A DNA stretch of 64,000 nt from Clostridia bacterium. GTDB taxonomy: Bacteria; Bacillota; Clostridia; Christensenellales; Aristaeellaceae. The stretch is taken from NCBI GenBank assembly GCA_017412715.1, contig JAFPWU010000031.1:1-64000 (forward strand), in the 5' to 3' direction. Each line of letters begins with the position of its first letter. Within the stretch, counting starts at the first letter, position 1. A model generated the notes under the pieces. That model worked only from the letters and a program-made list of their open reading frames with translations, was not told where the DNA came from and did no database searches. A program made the position numbers and the translations under genes. Positions 16,374 to 25,860 of the stretch are shown here, piece by piece.

Positions 16374-18530
16374 ATGATTGAGTATATTGATTCTTCCCGT
16401 CTGTTCCATCTGCACAACCGTTTTCTTTCCGTCGTTCTTTCCCTCCGCCCGGATGAGGAGGGCAGCCCGGAGCTGCTGACGGCCTATATCGGCGCCCCGC
16501 TGGATGCGCCGGAGGCCGTGCTGGCCCTGCTTCCCCGGTGGGAAGGCGCCTCCTTCGACTCCCTGCGCCAGAAGCTGCCCTACGCCTGCCCGACGGAAGG
16601 GCGCGGCGATTACCGTCCGCCGCTGGTTTGCGCGCGGGACGCCGAGGGGCAGAACTGCACGGAGCTCTTTTATGAAAGCCACCGGATTGATGCCGGAAAA
16701 CCCCGTCTGGAGGGGCTGCCTGCCAGTTACGTTGAAAGCAGCGACGAAGCGGATACGCTGATCATCACGCTTTCCGATCCCCTGACCGGCCTGAAGGCGG
16801 AAATATCCTATACCCTTTATCGGGAACGGCCCGTGCTGGCCCTCAGCGTCCGGTATCTGAACCGGGGAACTGAAGCCCTGACGCTGGAGGCAGCCGGCAG
16901 CGCCTGCATCACCCTGCCGGGGCGCTACGACCTGATCCATCTGCACGGCGCCTGGGCCAAGGAACGGGCCGTGGAGCGCGTCGCGCCCGCGGCGCTGACC
17001 CGCACCGTAAGTTCCGCCCGCGGGGCTTCCGGCCACGAGCATAATCCCTTTGCCGTGCTGGCCGCGCCGGATACGACAGAGTTTGAGGGAGAATGCCTGG
17101 GCGTCATCCTGGTCTACAGCGGCAGCTTTGCCATCACCGCGGATGAAAACGCCTATGAATCCACCCGCCTGACCGCGGGGCTGAATCCCCGCTGCTTCCG
17201 CTGGAACCTGCGGCCCGGGGAATCCTTCCAGGCGCCGGAGGCCCTGTGCGTATGGAGTCCTGACGGTCTGAACGGCATGAGTCAGGCCTTCCACAGCCTG
17301 CTGCGGGAGCGGGTCTGCCGCGGTTTCTGGCGTGACCGCCCCCGTCCTGTGCTGATCAACAACTGGGAAGCCACCTATTTTCAATTCAACCATGAGAAAA
17401 TCATAACCATTGCCCGGGCGGCCGCGGACCTGGGCGTGGAGCTGTTTGTACTGGACGACGGCTGGTTCGGCAGGCGGGATGATGACAACTGCTCCCTGGG
17501 GGACTGGGTAGCGGACCGGCGGAAACTCCCGGGCGGACTGAAGGCCCTGGCCGAGGAGATCAACGCTTTGGGCATGCGCTTCGGCCTGTGGTTTGAGCCG
17601 GAAATGGTCTCCCCGGACAGCGATCTGTACCGGGCCCATCCCGACTGGTGTCTCCATGCGAAGGACCGCCGCAGAACCACGGCCCGCCGGCAGCTGATCC
17701 TGGATCTGTCCCGCCGGGAGGTGCAGGATTATATCATTGACGCCGTCTCCTCCGTGCTGCGGAGCGCCCCCATCGGCTATGTCAAATGGGACATGAACCG
17801 CAACTTCAAGGAAACCGGCACCGCTGCGGAAGGCGTGTATCAGGGCGAGGTGCCCCACCGCTATATGCTTGGCCTTTACCGGGTGCTGGAGGAGATCACT
17901 TCCGCCTTCCCGGAGGTGCTGTTTGAAAGCTGCTCCGGAGGCGGCGGACGGTTTGACGCTGGCATGCTGCATTATATGCCCCAGACCTGGACCAGCGACG
18001 ACAGCGACGCCGTGGAGCGCCTGTATATCCAGTACGGCACCAGCCTCTGCTACCCCACCAGCGCCATGGGCGCCCATGTGTCCGCCGTCCCGAACCATCA
18101 GGTGGCACGGGTGACCCCGATGAAAACCCGCGGCGACGTGGCCCTCGGAGGCAATTTCGGCTATGAACTGAATCTGGCCGCCCAGACGCCTGAAGATATG
18201 GAGGAGATCCGCCGGCAGATCCGGCAGGTCAAGGCCGTCCGGGAGACGACCCAGCGCGGCGTTTTCACCCGCCTGTCCAGTCCCTTTGACGCCAATCTGG
18301 CCGCCTGGCAGTTCACCGATGACAGGCGGGTCATTCTCTGCGCCTACCGCATTCTGGCCAAACCGAATCCGGAGCTGACCCGGATCCGTCTGCGCGGCGT
18401 ACCGGAGGGTGAGTATACCGCGGAGGACGGCAGCAGCGTCTCCTCCGCTGTTCTGATGAACGCCGGCGTTCCCGTACCCTTCCCCCGGGGAGATTTTGCC
18501 TCCTGCGTCATGGTTTTTGAAAAGAAGTGA
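16374..18530 (+). CDS. Alpha-galactosidase, glycoside hydrolase family 36
   Basis: Motifs FVLDDGWFG, KWDMNR and CSGGGGRFD are characteristic of GH36. RBS GGAGGA sits 7 nt before the ATG at 16374. Confidence 0.85.
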   Translation: MIEYIDSSRLFHLHNRFLSVVLSLRPDEEGSPELLTAYIGAPLDAPEAVLALLPRWEGASFDSLRQKLPYACPTEGRGDYRPPLVCARDAEGQNCTELFYESHRIDAGKPRLEGLPASYVESSDEADTLIITLSDPLTGLKAEISYTLYRERPVLALSVRYLNRGTEALTLEAAGSACITLPGRYDLIHLHGAWAKERAVERVAPAALTRTVSSARGASGHEHNPFAVLAAPDTTEFEGECLGVILVYSGSFAITADENAYESTRLTAGLNPRCFRWNLRPGESFQAPEALCVWSPDGLNGMSQAFHSLLRERVCRGFWRDRPRPVLINNWEATYFQFNHEKIITIARAAADLGVELFVLDDGWFGRRDDDNCSLGDWVADRRKLPGGLKALAEEINALGMRFGLWFEPEMVSPDSDLYRAHPDWCLHAKDRRRTTARRQLILDLSRREVQDYIIDAVSSVLRSAPIGYVKWDMNRNFKETGTAAEGVYQGEVPHRYMLGLYRVLEEITSAFPEVLFESCSGGGGRFDAGMLHYMPQTWTSDDSDAVERLYIQYGTSLCYPTSAMGAHVSAVPNHQVARVTPMKTRGDVALGGNFGYELNLAAQTPEDMEEIRRQIRQVKAVRETTQRGVFTRLSSPFDANLAAWQFTDDRRVILCAYRILAKPNPELTRIRLRGVPEGEYTAEDGSSVSSAVLMNAGVPVPFPRGDFASCVMVFEKK

Positions 18531-18604
18531 ATCAAAAGCTGTAACTCTCTCCGGCGACCGTCCTGCCCTGCACCGGATCATGCCTGCAAAGTGAGGAAAC
18601 CTGC

Positions 18605-19180
18605 ATGTGGATGAAAACGCTGACGGTGGGAATGATTTCCACCAACTGTTACCTGATCGGCCGGGAGGAGGGGGACGACTGTCTGGTGATCGACCCCGGC
18701 GCGGAGGGGCGAAGGATTCTGACCGCAGCCGAAGGGCGAAGGATTGCCGCCGTGCTCCTGACCCATGGCCATTTCGATCATATCGCCGGCATTCCGGAGC
18801 TGGCCAAGCTGCAGGGCGCTCCCCTGCCCATCTATATTCACTCCCTGGATCAGGCCATGCTGACGGATCCTGCGCTGAACGCCAGCCTTTCCCTCCTGGG
18901 CCGGAAGGTGGTTTCCCTTCCCGCCACCAATCTGGTGGCCGAGGGCGAAACCCTTTCCCTGGCAGGGCTGGACATCCAGGTGCTGCACACCCCCGGGCAC
19001 ACGCCCGGCGGCGTATGCTACCTGACGGAGGGGCACCTTTTTACCGGGGATACCCTGTTTCACCACGGCTGGGGGCGGACGGACCTGCCCGGCGGCAGCC
19101 AGAAGGACCTTTTTGCATCCCTGCGCCGTCTGATGCCCCTCGCCCGTACCCTGCCCGTCTACCCGGGCCATGAGGATTAG
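18605..19180 (+). CDS. MBL-fold metallo-hydrolase (glyoxalase II / hydroxyacylglutathione hydrolase-like), 191 aa
   Basis: HxHxDH motif THGHFDH, plus downstream His/Asp ligand residues. RBS GAGGAAAC. Confidence 0.8.
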   Translation: MWMKTLTVGMISTNCYLIGREEGDDCLVIDPGAEGRRILTAAEGRRIAAVLLTHGHFDHIAGIPELAKLQGAPLPIYIHSLDQAMLTDPALNASLSLLGRKVVSLPATNLVAEGETLSLAGLDIQVLHTPGHTPGGVCYLTEGHLFTGDTLFHHGWGRTDLPGGSQKDLFASLRRLMPLARTLPVYPGHED

Positions 19181-19284
19181 GAAATCACTGAATGCATACC
19201 CCCAGAGATGAAATCCGCATGAGCGAAGGCGGTTTCAGGCCGAACAGCATCAGCCGGCGTTCTCTCCGGAATCAGCGGAAAATG

Positions 19285-19317
19285 AAAAAGCCTGTGGCAA
19301 TCCGTCACAGGCTTTTG
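19285..19317. terminator. Bidirectional intrinsic terminator (A5-agcctgtg..cacaggct-T5)
   Basis: Hairpin with A and T runs between convergent genes. Confidence 0.7.
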
Positions 19318-19383
19318 GCTTTTTCAGGCCGGAAAGCGGCGCTTTCTCCGGCGGAACGCCTCCGCTTCGGAGCGCGCGCCGGC

Positions 19384-20472
19384 TTACAGCAGGTGGGCGC
19401 AGGCAGGGTCAAAGGAGATCCAGGCCTCATCTCCCACACGGAAGATCTTTTTGTTCAGCGGGCAGTTATCCGTGATTTTGACCAGCTCTCCCCCAACCCG
19501 GACATGGTAGTTCTGATAGCTGCCCATGAAGCAGCTCAGCTCCACCCTGCAGGGCAGAAGCCCTTCATCCCCGATGGTGATCGCCTCCGGCCGGAGCACG
19601 ATTTCGCATTTCTCCCCCGGGGTTCTGGGCTTTTCCGTCCGCACCGCCACCTTTCCGGCGGGCAGCGCCACGATGGTGCCCAGCTCCGCGTTGCCGGAGA
19701 CCTCTCCGTGCAGGAAATTGCATTCGCCGATGAAATCGGCTACGAACTCGCTGTTGGGCTTGTAATAGATCTCCATGGGGGATCCCATCTGGGCGATGAC
19801 CCCCTGCTTCATCAGAATGATCTGGTCCGAAATGGCCATGGCTTCGCTCTGATCGTGGGTTACGTAGATGGCGGTGATGCCCAGCGCCTGCTGGATTCTG
19901 CGGATCTCCGTCCGCATCTGGACGCGGAGCTTGGCATCCAGGTTGCTCAGGGGTTCGTCAAAGAGCAACACCCCGGGCTCCACCACCAGGGCCCTGGCCA
20001 GGGCGACGCGCTGCTGCTGGCCGCCCGACAGCTGATTGGTCATCCGCTGCTCCATGCCGGTCAGCTCCACCAGCTTCAGAATCTTCTCCACCCGGCTGGC
20101 GATCTCATGCTTCGGAACCTTCCGCAGCTTCAGCCCGTAGGCCACGTTGTCGAAAACGTTGTAGTGGGGGAAGAGCGCATAGCTCTGGAAAACCATCGCC
20201 GTATCCCGCTTATTGGGCGTCAGGGCGTTAATGGGTTCTCCCCCCAGATAGATTTCCCCCTCATCCGGGGATTCGAATCCGGCGATCATCCGGAGGGTCG
20301 TGGTCTTGCCGCAGCCGCTGGGCCCCAGCAGGGTCACAAAGCTGCCAGGCTCCATGGTCAGGTCCACATCGTGCACCGCGTAGAAATCCTTCTTTGTTTT
20401 CGGATCCTGATAGATCTTCGAAATATGATCCAGCCTGACTCCCTTGGGCTGTTTGACTTGCATTTCACTCAT
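19384..20472 (-). CDS. ABC transporter ATP-binding protein with a C-terminal TOBE domain (PotA/FbpC/MalK type)
   Basis: Walker A GPSGCGKTT, signature LSGGQQQR, Walker B LLFDEPLS. 362 aa. Confidence 0.85.
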   Translation of the reverse strand: MSEMQVKQPKGVRLDHISKIYQDPKTKKDFYAVHDVDLTMEPGSFVTLLGPSGCGKTTTLRMIAGFESPDEGEIYLGGEPINALTPNKRDTAMVFQSYALFPHYNVFDNVAYGLKLRKVPKHEIASRVEKILKLVELTGMEQRMTNQLSGGQQQRVALARALVVEPGVLLFDEPLSNLDAKLRVQMRTEIRRIQQALGITAIYVTHDQSEAMAISDQIILMKQGVIAQMGSPMEIYYKPNSEFVADFIGECNFLHGEVSGNAELGTIVALPAGKVAVRTEKPRTPGEKCEIVLRPEAITIGDEGLLPCRVELSCFMGSYQNYHVRVGGELVKITDNCPLNKKIFRVGDEAWISFDPACAHLL

Positions 20473-20473
20473 T

Positions 20474-22186
20474 TCAGCGAACCTCCTTCTGTTTTCTGCT
20501 GGTGCCGAAGAACTTGATGAACAGATTCATCAGCAGCACCGCGCCATAGGTAATCAGGATCAGGATCGTGGCGAAGGCGCAGGCCACGCTGAAGGCGCCC
20601 TTTTCGGCGAACTCGTTGATCTGCACGGTGATCAGCAGATAGCTGGGCGTCACCAGCAGAATGATGGCGGAGATGGCGGTAATCGACCGGACGAAAGCCG
20701 TCACCAGGCCGGAAAGGAAGGAATCCTTGATCAGCGGCAGGGTCACCGAGGTAAAGACCTTCAGGCTGTTGGCCCCCATGTCATAGGCGCTTTCCTCGAT
20801 GGATTTGTCAATCTGCCGCAGGGCGGAGATGCCCGAGCGGGTACCCGTGGGCAGGGACCGGACCACGAACACGATCACCAGGATCAGCCCCGTTCCGTAG
20901 ATCGAGCTGAGGATTCCCGTATGGAAAAGGCCGTTGGCAAAGCCCCGGATATATCCTACGCCCAGCACCGTTCCAGGCACCGCCATGGCCAGGATGGACA
21001 CGGCCTCGATGAAGCCCTTGGAGCGGAACTTCCGCTTCACCACCAGATAGGAGATGATCATGGACAGCAGCGCCGTCACCGGAGCCGCGATCAGGGACAG
21101 CACGAAGGAATCCCGGAAGGCCTGCAGGCCCCTGTACCGGGTGAACACCTGCTGGAACCACTTGAAGGTCAGCGGGGTGAACTTGTATCCCCACGTGGGG
21201 AACAGGGCCCCGATGGGCACGCAGACATACATGAGGATGACGAAGAGGGCCGCCAGGGTGCACAGGGAGGTCAGCGGAACCGTCACGGAACGGTCCTCGA
21301 TCAGCATCCTGCCCCGGCTGGCCTTCCCGGTCAGGGTGGCCGCCGTCTTCCGCTCCAGATAGTATTTCTGGAAGACGAACATCGCCAGCGTGATGCACAG
21401 CAGCACCACGGCCATGGCCGCCGCCCCCTCCTTATCCATGGCGCCGGTGATCTGCAGATAGATGGTCGTCGCCAGGGTGTCGTAGGAGCCGCCGATGATC
21501 ATGGGGTTGGCGAAGTCGGCGATGGACTCGATGAAGGTGACCAGAAACGCGTTTCCAAGCCCGGGCAGCAGCAGGGGCAGGGTCACGGTGGTAAAGACCC
21601 GCCACCGGGAGGCCCCCATATCCCGGGCCGCCTCCTCCATGGAGGGATCGATATTCTTCAGCAGGCCTTTCAGCATCATATAGCAGACCGGGAAGAAGGT
21701 CAGGGTCTGCACGATGACGATGCCCCAGTAGCCGTAGATGTCGTTGTCATAGATGCCCAGCAGGAACCTGGTGATCAGCCCGGCCCGGCCGAAGAGCATG
21801 ATCATGGACAGGGACAGCACGAAGGGCGGGGAGACCACCGGCAGCATGGAGACCACCTTGAACAGGCCCCCCACAAATCTGCCCACCCGGACATAGACCT
21901 CCACATAGGCAAACAGAAGCCCGATCAGCGTGGACAGCAGGCCCACCACGAACCCCACCTTCAGGGTGTTGGTGATGGCCCTGCGGAAGGTCCACAGGCC
22001 GAAAATTCGTTTAAATGTATCGAAGGAAAACCCGTTGCTGCCGTACAGGCTGTCCACCAGCAGGATCGCCAGCGGATACAGAATGAAAAGTGTCAGAAAG
22101 GTTACCAGCAGCACGATGGTGGTCATCATGATGGGATCCGCCATCAGCTTTTTCCGCTCCAGCTCCGCACTCTGCCCCTTTGCCAT
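20474..22186 (-). CDS. ABC transporter permease with duplicated transmembrane domains (FbpB/ThiP-like two-domain permease), 570 aa
   Basis: Two repeats of ~6 TM helices, each with an EAA-like loop. Stop-adjacent to the ATPase gene. Confidence 0.85.
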   Translation of the reverse strand: MAKGQSAELERKKLMADPIMMTTIVLLVTFLTLFILYPLAILLVDSLYGSNGFSFDTFKRIFGLWTFRRAITNTLKVGFVVGLLSTLIGLLFAYVEVYVRVGRFVGGLFKVVSMLPVVSPPFVLSLSMIMLFGRAGLITRFLLGIYDNDIYGYWGIVIVQTLTFFPVCYMMLKGLLKNIDPSMEEAARDMGASRWRVFTTVTLPLLLPGLGNAFLVTFIESIADFANPMIIGGSYDTLATTIYLQITGAMDKEGAAAMAVVLLCITLAMFVFQKYYLERKTAATLTGKASRGRMLIEDRSVTVPLTSLCTLAALFVILMYVCVPIGALFPTWGYKFTPLTFKWFQQVFTRYRGLQAFRDSFVLSLIAAPVTALLSMIISYLVVKRKFRSKGFIEAVSILAMAVPGTVLGVGYIRGFANGLFHTGILSSIYGTGLILVIVFVVRSLPTGTRSGISALRQIDKSIEESAYDMGANSLKVFTSVTLPLIKDSFLSGLVTAFVRSITAISAIILLVTPSYLLITVQINEFAEKGAFSVACAFATILILITYGAVLLMNLFIKFFGTSRKQKEVR

Positions 22187-22273
22187 TCCTTAAGCCCTCC
22201 TCTCCCTATGATCTTGTGCAGGAATGAAACTCCCCGCCCCCGATGGGGGCGGGGAAGCAAAGTCTCCGAAAGC

Positions 22274-23371
22274 TTATTCCGTCTTGAAACGGCCGTCCGT
22301 GGCAGCGTCGCCCAGCGCGGCGATCACATCTTCCACGTTCTTCGTGGTCTCTTCCACGGCCTTGGCGAAGTCATAGCCATCCCACACGGCATCCAGGCTC
22401 AGGCCGAACTGGGAAGCGGCTTCGGGCTGAGCCGCGTTGTCGATGACCAGGAACTGATAGGATCCGGTATCGTCCGCCAGCTCCACGCAGTCGGGAGACA
22501 GGGCGAATTCAACGAACAGCCTGGCGGCGTTCAGATGCTTCGCGCCCTTGAAGATGGCCACCGGGCCGATCTCGCAAGCGGTTCCGTCCTCGGGAACCAC
22601 CAGGGACACATTCTCGTATCCGTTGTCCAGCACCTGGGTAATGCCGTCATGCAGGAATCCGATTCCGATGACGCACTCGCCGGTACCCACCATCTTGGAG
22701 GGGCCGGAACCGGACTTGGTGTACTGGGCCACATTCTTGTCCAGAGCCACCAGATAGGCGATACCTTCGTCATGGCCCATCTTCTGCAGGATCAGGTTGG
22801 CCGCCAGCTTGGGCGTGCCGGCCGTGTTGTAGTTGGAGAACCAGATCAGGCCCTTGTACTCTTCCTTCAGCAGGTCGTCCCAGGTCTTGGGAGCTTCCAG
22901 CCCAAGGCGGTTCAGCTCATCCGTGTTGACCATGAAGCCCAGGATGCCGGTATAGATGCCGTACCAGTATCCGTTCGGATCCTTGTACAGATCCTTCAGC
23001 AGATGGGAGGCATTGGCCGGCACATAGCTGTTGTCCAGGAAGCCCTTGGCCGCCAGCGCGTCGTAGGGATTGTTGGTGCCGCCGAACCATACGTCCGCGG
23101 AAGGATTGCCGTTCTCTTCCTCGATCTTGGTGGGCACCTCGCCGGTGCTCAGCCGCTGGAACTGGGTCTTGATGCCGTACAGCTTTTCAAACTGCTGGCA
23201 GGCCGCAGCCAGATAGGGCTCCTCGCAGGAACCGTAAACCACCAGCTCGCCTTCCGCCTTGGCCGCTTCCACCAGGGCCGGATCGGCGTTCACTCTGTCT
23301 TCCGCCGCGGCGAAGGACACGCAGCCAACCACCAGCAGAGCGGCCAGCAGCAGGGACAGAAACTTCTTCAT
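22274..23371 (-). CDS. ABC transporter periplasmic substrate-binding lipoprotein (SBP family 1; iron(III)/polyamine/thiamine-like, ligand unknown)
   Basis: Lipoprotein signal MKKFLSLLLAALLVVGC. VVYGS...STGE pattern typical of FbpA/PotD-type SBPs. Confidence 0.75.
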   Translation of the reverse strand: MKKFLSLLLAALLVVGCVSFAAAEDRVNADPALVEAAKAEGELVVYGSCEEPYLAAACQQFEKLYGIKTQFQRLSTGEVPTKIEEENGNPSADVWFGGTNNPYDALAAKGFLDNSYVPANASHLLKDLYKDPNGYWYGIYTGILGFMVNTDELNRLGLEAPKTWDDLLKEEYKGLIWFSNYNTAGTPKLAANLILQKMGHDEGIAYLVALDKNVAQYTKSGSGPSKMVGTGECVIGIGFLHDGITQVLDNGYENVSLVVPEDGTACEIGPVAIFKGAKHLNAARLFVEFALSPDCVELADDTGSYQFLVIDNAAQPEAASQFGLSLDAVWDGYDFAKAVEETTKNVEDVIAALGDAATDGRFKTE

Positions 23372-23470
23372 AAAAACACCCTCCTTGCCAGATAGAAAAA
23401 TTATTCTTCAAAACGGATGAATCCGTCTGAAAAACCAGTTCAGCTATGGATACCTTTGTTTCCTGCGCAT

Positions 23471-23499
23471 ATCGTACCACATTTTCCATCTTCTGTCCA
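23471..23499 (-). promoter_or_regulatory. Putative promoter (TGGACA-17-TACGAT on the minus strand) for the ABC importer operon
   Basis: Hexamers read on the minus strand ~100 nt upstream of the SBP start. Confidence 0.4.
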
Positions 23500-23565
23500 G
23501 ATCTTTGACAAATTATCTTCCGGTTTTTCCGGAAATTCCAAAGAGAAAGCTGATAACCGGCATGG

Positions 23566-23603
23566 AAAAAGCAGGCAGTTTATTTCTCCTGCCTGCTTTT
23601 TCC
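23566..23603. terminator. Bidirectional intrinsic terminator (A5-gcaggcag..ctgcctgc-T5) after GH31
   Basis: Perfect 8-bp stem with flanking runs. Confidence 0.7.
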
Positions 23604-23661
23604 TTCGTTTGCGCGCCGGTGAATCATGAAGACTTCCTGCCCGGCAGCTCGCCGGCCCTCT

Positions 23662-25743
23662 TTACGCCAGGGGATAGATGGGATAATCCTTCCCGTTCCG
23701 GATCAGCACGGGGATGATCTCCGCCGGGGCCGGCACGGTCACGGTCCGTCCCCCGTCGTATTCCTGCCCGGTATAGGCGTCCCTCCACCTGGCTCCCGCG
23801 GGCAGATAGACCTCCCGTTCCGTCCTGCCCGGCTCCATCACCGGGGCCACCAGCAGATCCGGCCCGAAGAGATAGCAGTCCTCCCACTCCCAGGCGACGG
23901 GATCCTGAGGGAATTCGTAGAACAGCGGCCGCATCACCGGCGCGCCCTTCTCATGGGTTTCCCGCATGATCTGCCGAACGTAGGGGCGCAGCCGTTCCCG
24001 CAGGCGGAGATATCCGGCGAGGACTTTTTCCACCTCTGCCCCGAAGCTCCACAGCTCATTGGGCTGTCCGCTGGAAATCTGCATCACCCCGTCCAGCACG
24101 GCGGGATGTTTCTCGTCCGGATCATACCAGGGCTGTCTTTCTCCGTGCATGCGGAACACCGGACAGAAGCAGGCCCACTGGAACCAGCGGACCAGCAGCT
24201 CCCGGAATCCGGGATCCCCCGGCATGCCGCCCAGGAAGCCGCCGATGTCGCTGGTCCACCAGGGAATGCCCGCCATGCCCATGGACAGGCCCGCCTGCAG
24301 CTGCTCCCGGAAAGATCGCCAGGTAGAGGAGATATCCCCGCTCCAGGTCAGCGCCCCGTAGCGCTGGCTTCCCGCCCAGGCGCAGCGGACGAGGCTCATA
24401 ACCTCCTCCTGTCCCGCGGCCTTCATGCCCTCATAGAAGCCCTGGGCATAGCATTTGGGATAGAGATTGCTCACCTGCAGCGCCGGCCCCTCGTGGTAGC
24501 GGTACAGGTCAAACTCATAGGTGCCAAACTCCGGCTCCGCCTCATCCAGCCAGAAGATCCGAACGCCGTCCCGGTCATAATAGGTTTCCCTGCAGGCGTC
24601 CCATACAAACTTCCGGGCTTCCGGATTGGTCGTGTCATAGATCGCAGTTTCCCCCACCCAGGTGTTCTGGAAATCCATGCCCCGGTCATCGCGGACCAGC
24701 AGACCCCGCTCCTTCATCCGGGCATGGTTCGCGGACCGCTTATCCACCGTCGGCCAGACGGAGACCGCCGTTTCAATGCCCATTTCCCGCAGCTCCCGGA
24801 CCATGCCGGCAGGATCCGGGAAGAAGCGGGGATCAAACCGGAAATCGCCCTCCAGGGGCCAGTGGAAAAAGTCCACCACGATCACATCCAGGGGATAGCC
24901 CCTCCGCTTATGCTCCCGGGCCACCCGCAGCACTTCCTCCTGGCTTCTGTACCGCAGGCGGCACTGCCAGTAGCCCATGCCGTACTCCGGCATCATGGGC
25001 GCGCGCCCCGTCACGGCGGAGTAGTTTTGCTCGATCTCCGACGGGGTATCCCCGGCGGTAATCCAGTAATCCAGCTCCTTGCAGGACCGGGCGGTCCATT
25101 CCGTCCGGTTCATGCCGAAGGCGCACTGGCCGATGGCCGGATTATTCCACAGGAAGCCGTATCCCCGGCTGGAAACATAGAAGGGCACGGAGGCCTGGCT
25201 GTTGCGGTGGGCCAGCTCCAGCACACAGCCCTTCTTATCCAGCTGGCCGATCTGATACTGCCCCATGCCGAAGATTTTCTCCCCGTCAAAGGCCTCAAAC
25301 CGGGCCTTCAGCTCATAATCGTCCGTGCCCATCAGCGGCCTGAATTCCCGGGCATCGATCCGCAGGGGCAGGCAGTAACCGCTGATCCGGTTCCTCTGGC
25401 CCCAGTATTCCTTCGTCAGCAGATCCCCCCGGTCGTTCCGGAAGGTAAGCCAGCCTTCCTCATCCGCCTGGGCCAGGATCTTTCCGTTCCGGATCTGCGC
25501 GATTTCCGCCGAGCGGTGCCGGTCCGGCCGGTCCCGGTACCAGGGTTCGGTTACATCCACGGTCTCCACCGTGATTTCCGGCTCCGTGTCCGCCACCGGT
25601 TCCATCAGCGCCCAGTCCCGGCCGCTCATCCCGTCTCTCCGGGTGGCCCGGATCCGCAGGCTGTTCTCCCCCCAGGCTTCCACCCAGAGCAGTTCTTCCC
25701 CCCGGCGGATCACCAGCCGGTTCTTCTCCTTCGAAATGATCAT
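23662..25743 (-). CDS. Glycoside hydrolase family 31 (alpha-glucosidase/alpha-xylosidase-like), 693 aa
   Basis: GH31-like catalytic region with an FWLDEAEPE motif (similar to WIDMNEP) and a YicI-like (beta/alpha)8 region. RBS GGGAGGG. Confidence 0.8.
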   Translation of the reverse strand: MIISKEKNRLVIRRGEELLWVEAWGENSLRIRATRRDGMSGRDWALMEPVADTEPEITVETVDVTEPWYRDRPDRHRSAEIAQIRNGKILAQADEEGWLTFRNDRGDLLTKEYWGQRNRISGYCLPLRIDAREFRPLMGTDDYELKARFEAFDGEKIFGMGQYQIGQLDKKGCVLELAHRNSQASVPFYVSSRGYGFLWNNPAIGQCAFGMNRTEWTARSCKELDYWITAGDTPSEIEQNYSAVTGRAPMMPEYGMGYWQCRLRYRSQEEVLRVAREHKRRGYPLDVIVVDFFHWPLEGDFRFDPRFFPDPAGMVRELREMGIETAVSVWPTVDKRSANHARMKERGLLVRDDRGMDFQNTWVGETAIYDTTNPEARKFVWDACRETYYDRDGVRIFWLDEAEPEFGTYEFDLYRYHEGPALQVSNLYPKCYAQGFYEGMKAAGQEEVMSLVRCAWAGSQRYGALTWSGDISSTWRSFREQLQAGLSMGMAGIPWWTSDIGGFLGGMPGDPGFRELLVRWFQWACFCPVFRMHGERQPWYDPDEKHPAVLDGVMQISSGQPNELWSFGAEVEKVLAGYLRLRERLRPYVRQIMRETHEKGAPVMRPLFYEFPQDPVAWEWEDCYLFGPDLLVAPVMEPGRTEREVYLPAGARWRDAYTGQEYDGGRTVTVPAPAEIIPVLIRNGKDYPIYPLA

Positions 25744-25860
25744 GGCTGCCCTCCCATGCCCTTACAGGGTCCGCGGATCCGCGTTTCCCCGTTTTCTGTC
25801 CGATCTCCGTCTTAAAACATTTTTATGAAGACTGCGGCCGCCTTCCGCAGCCGCAGTCCA

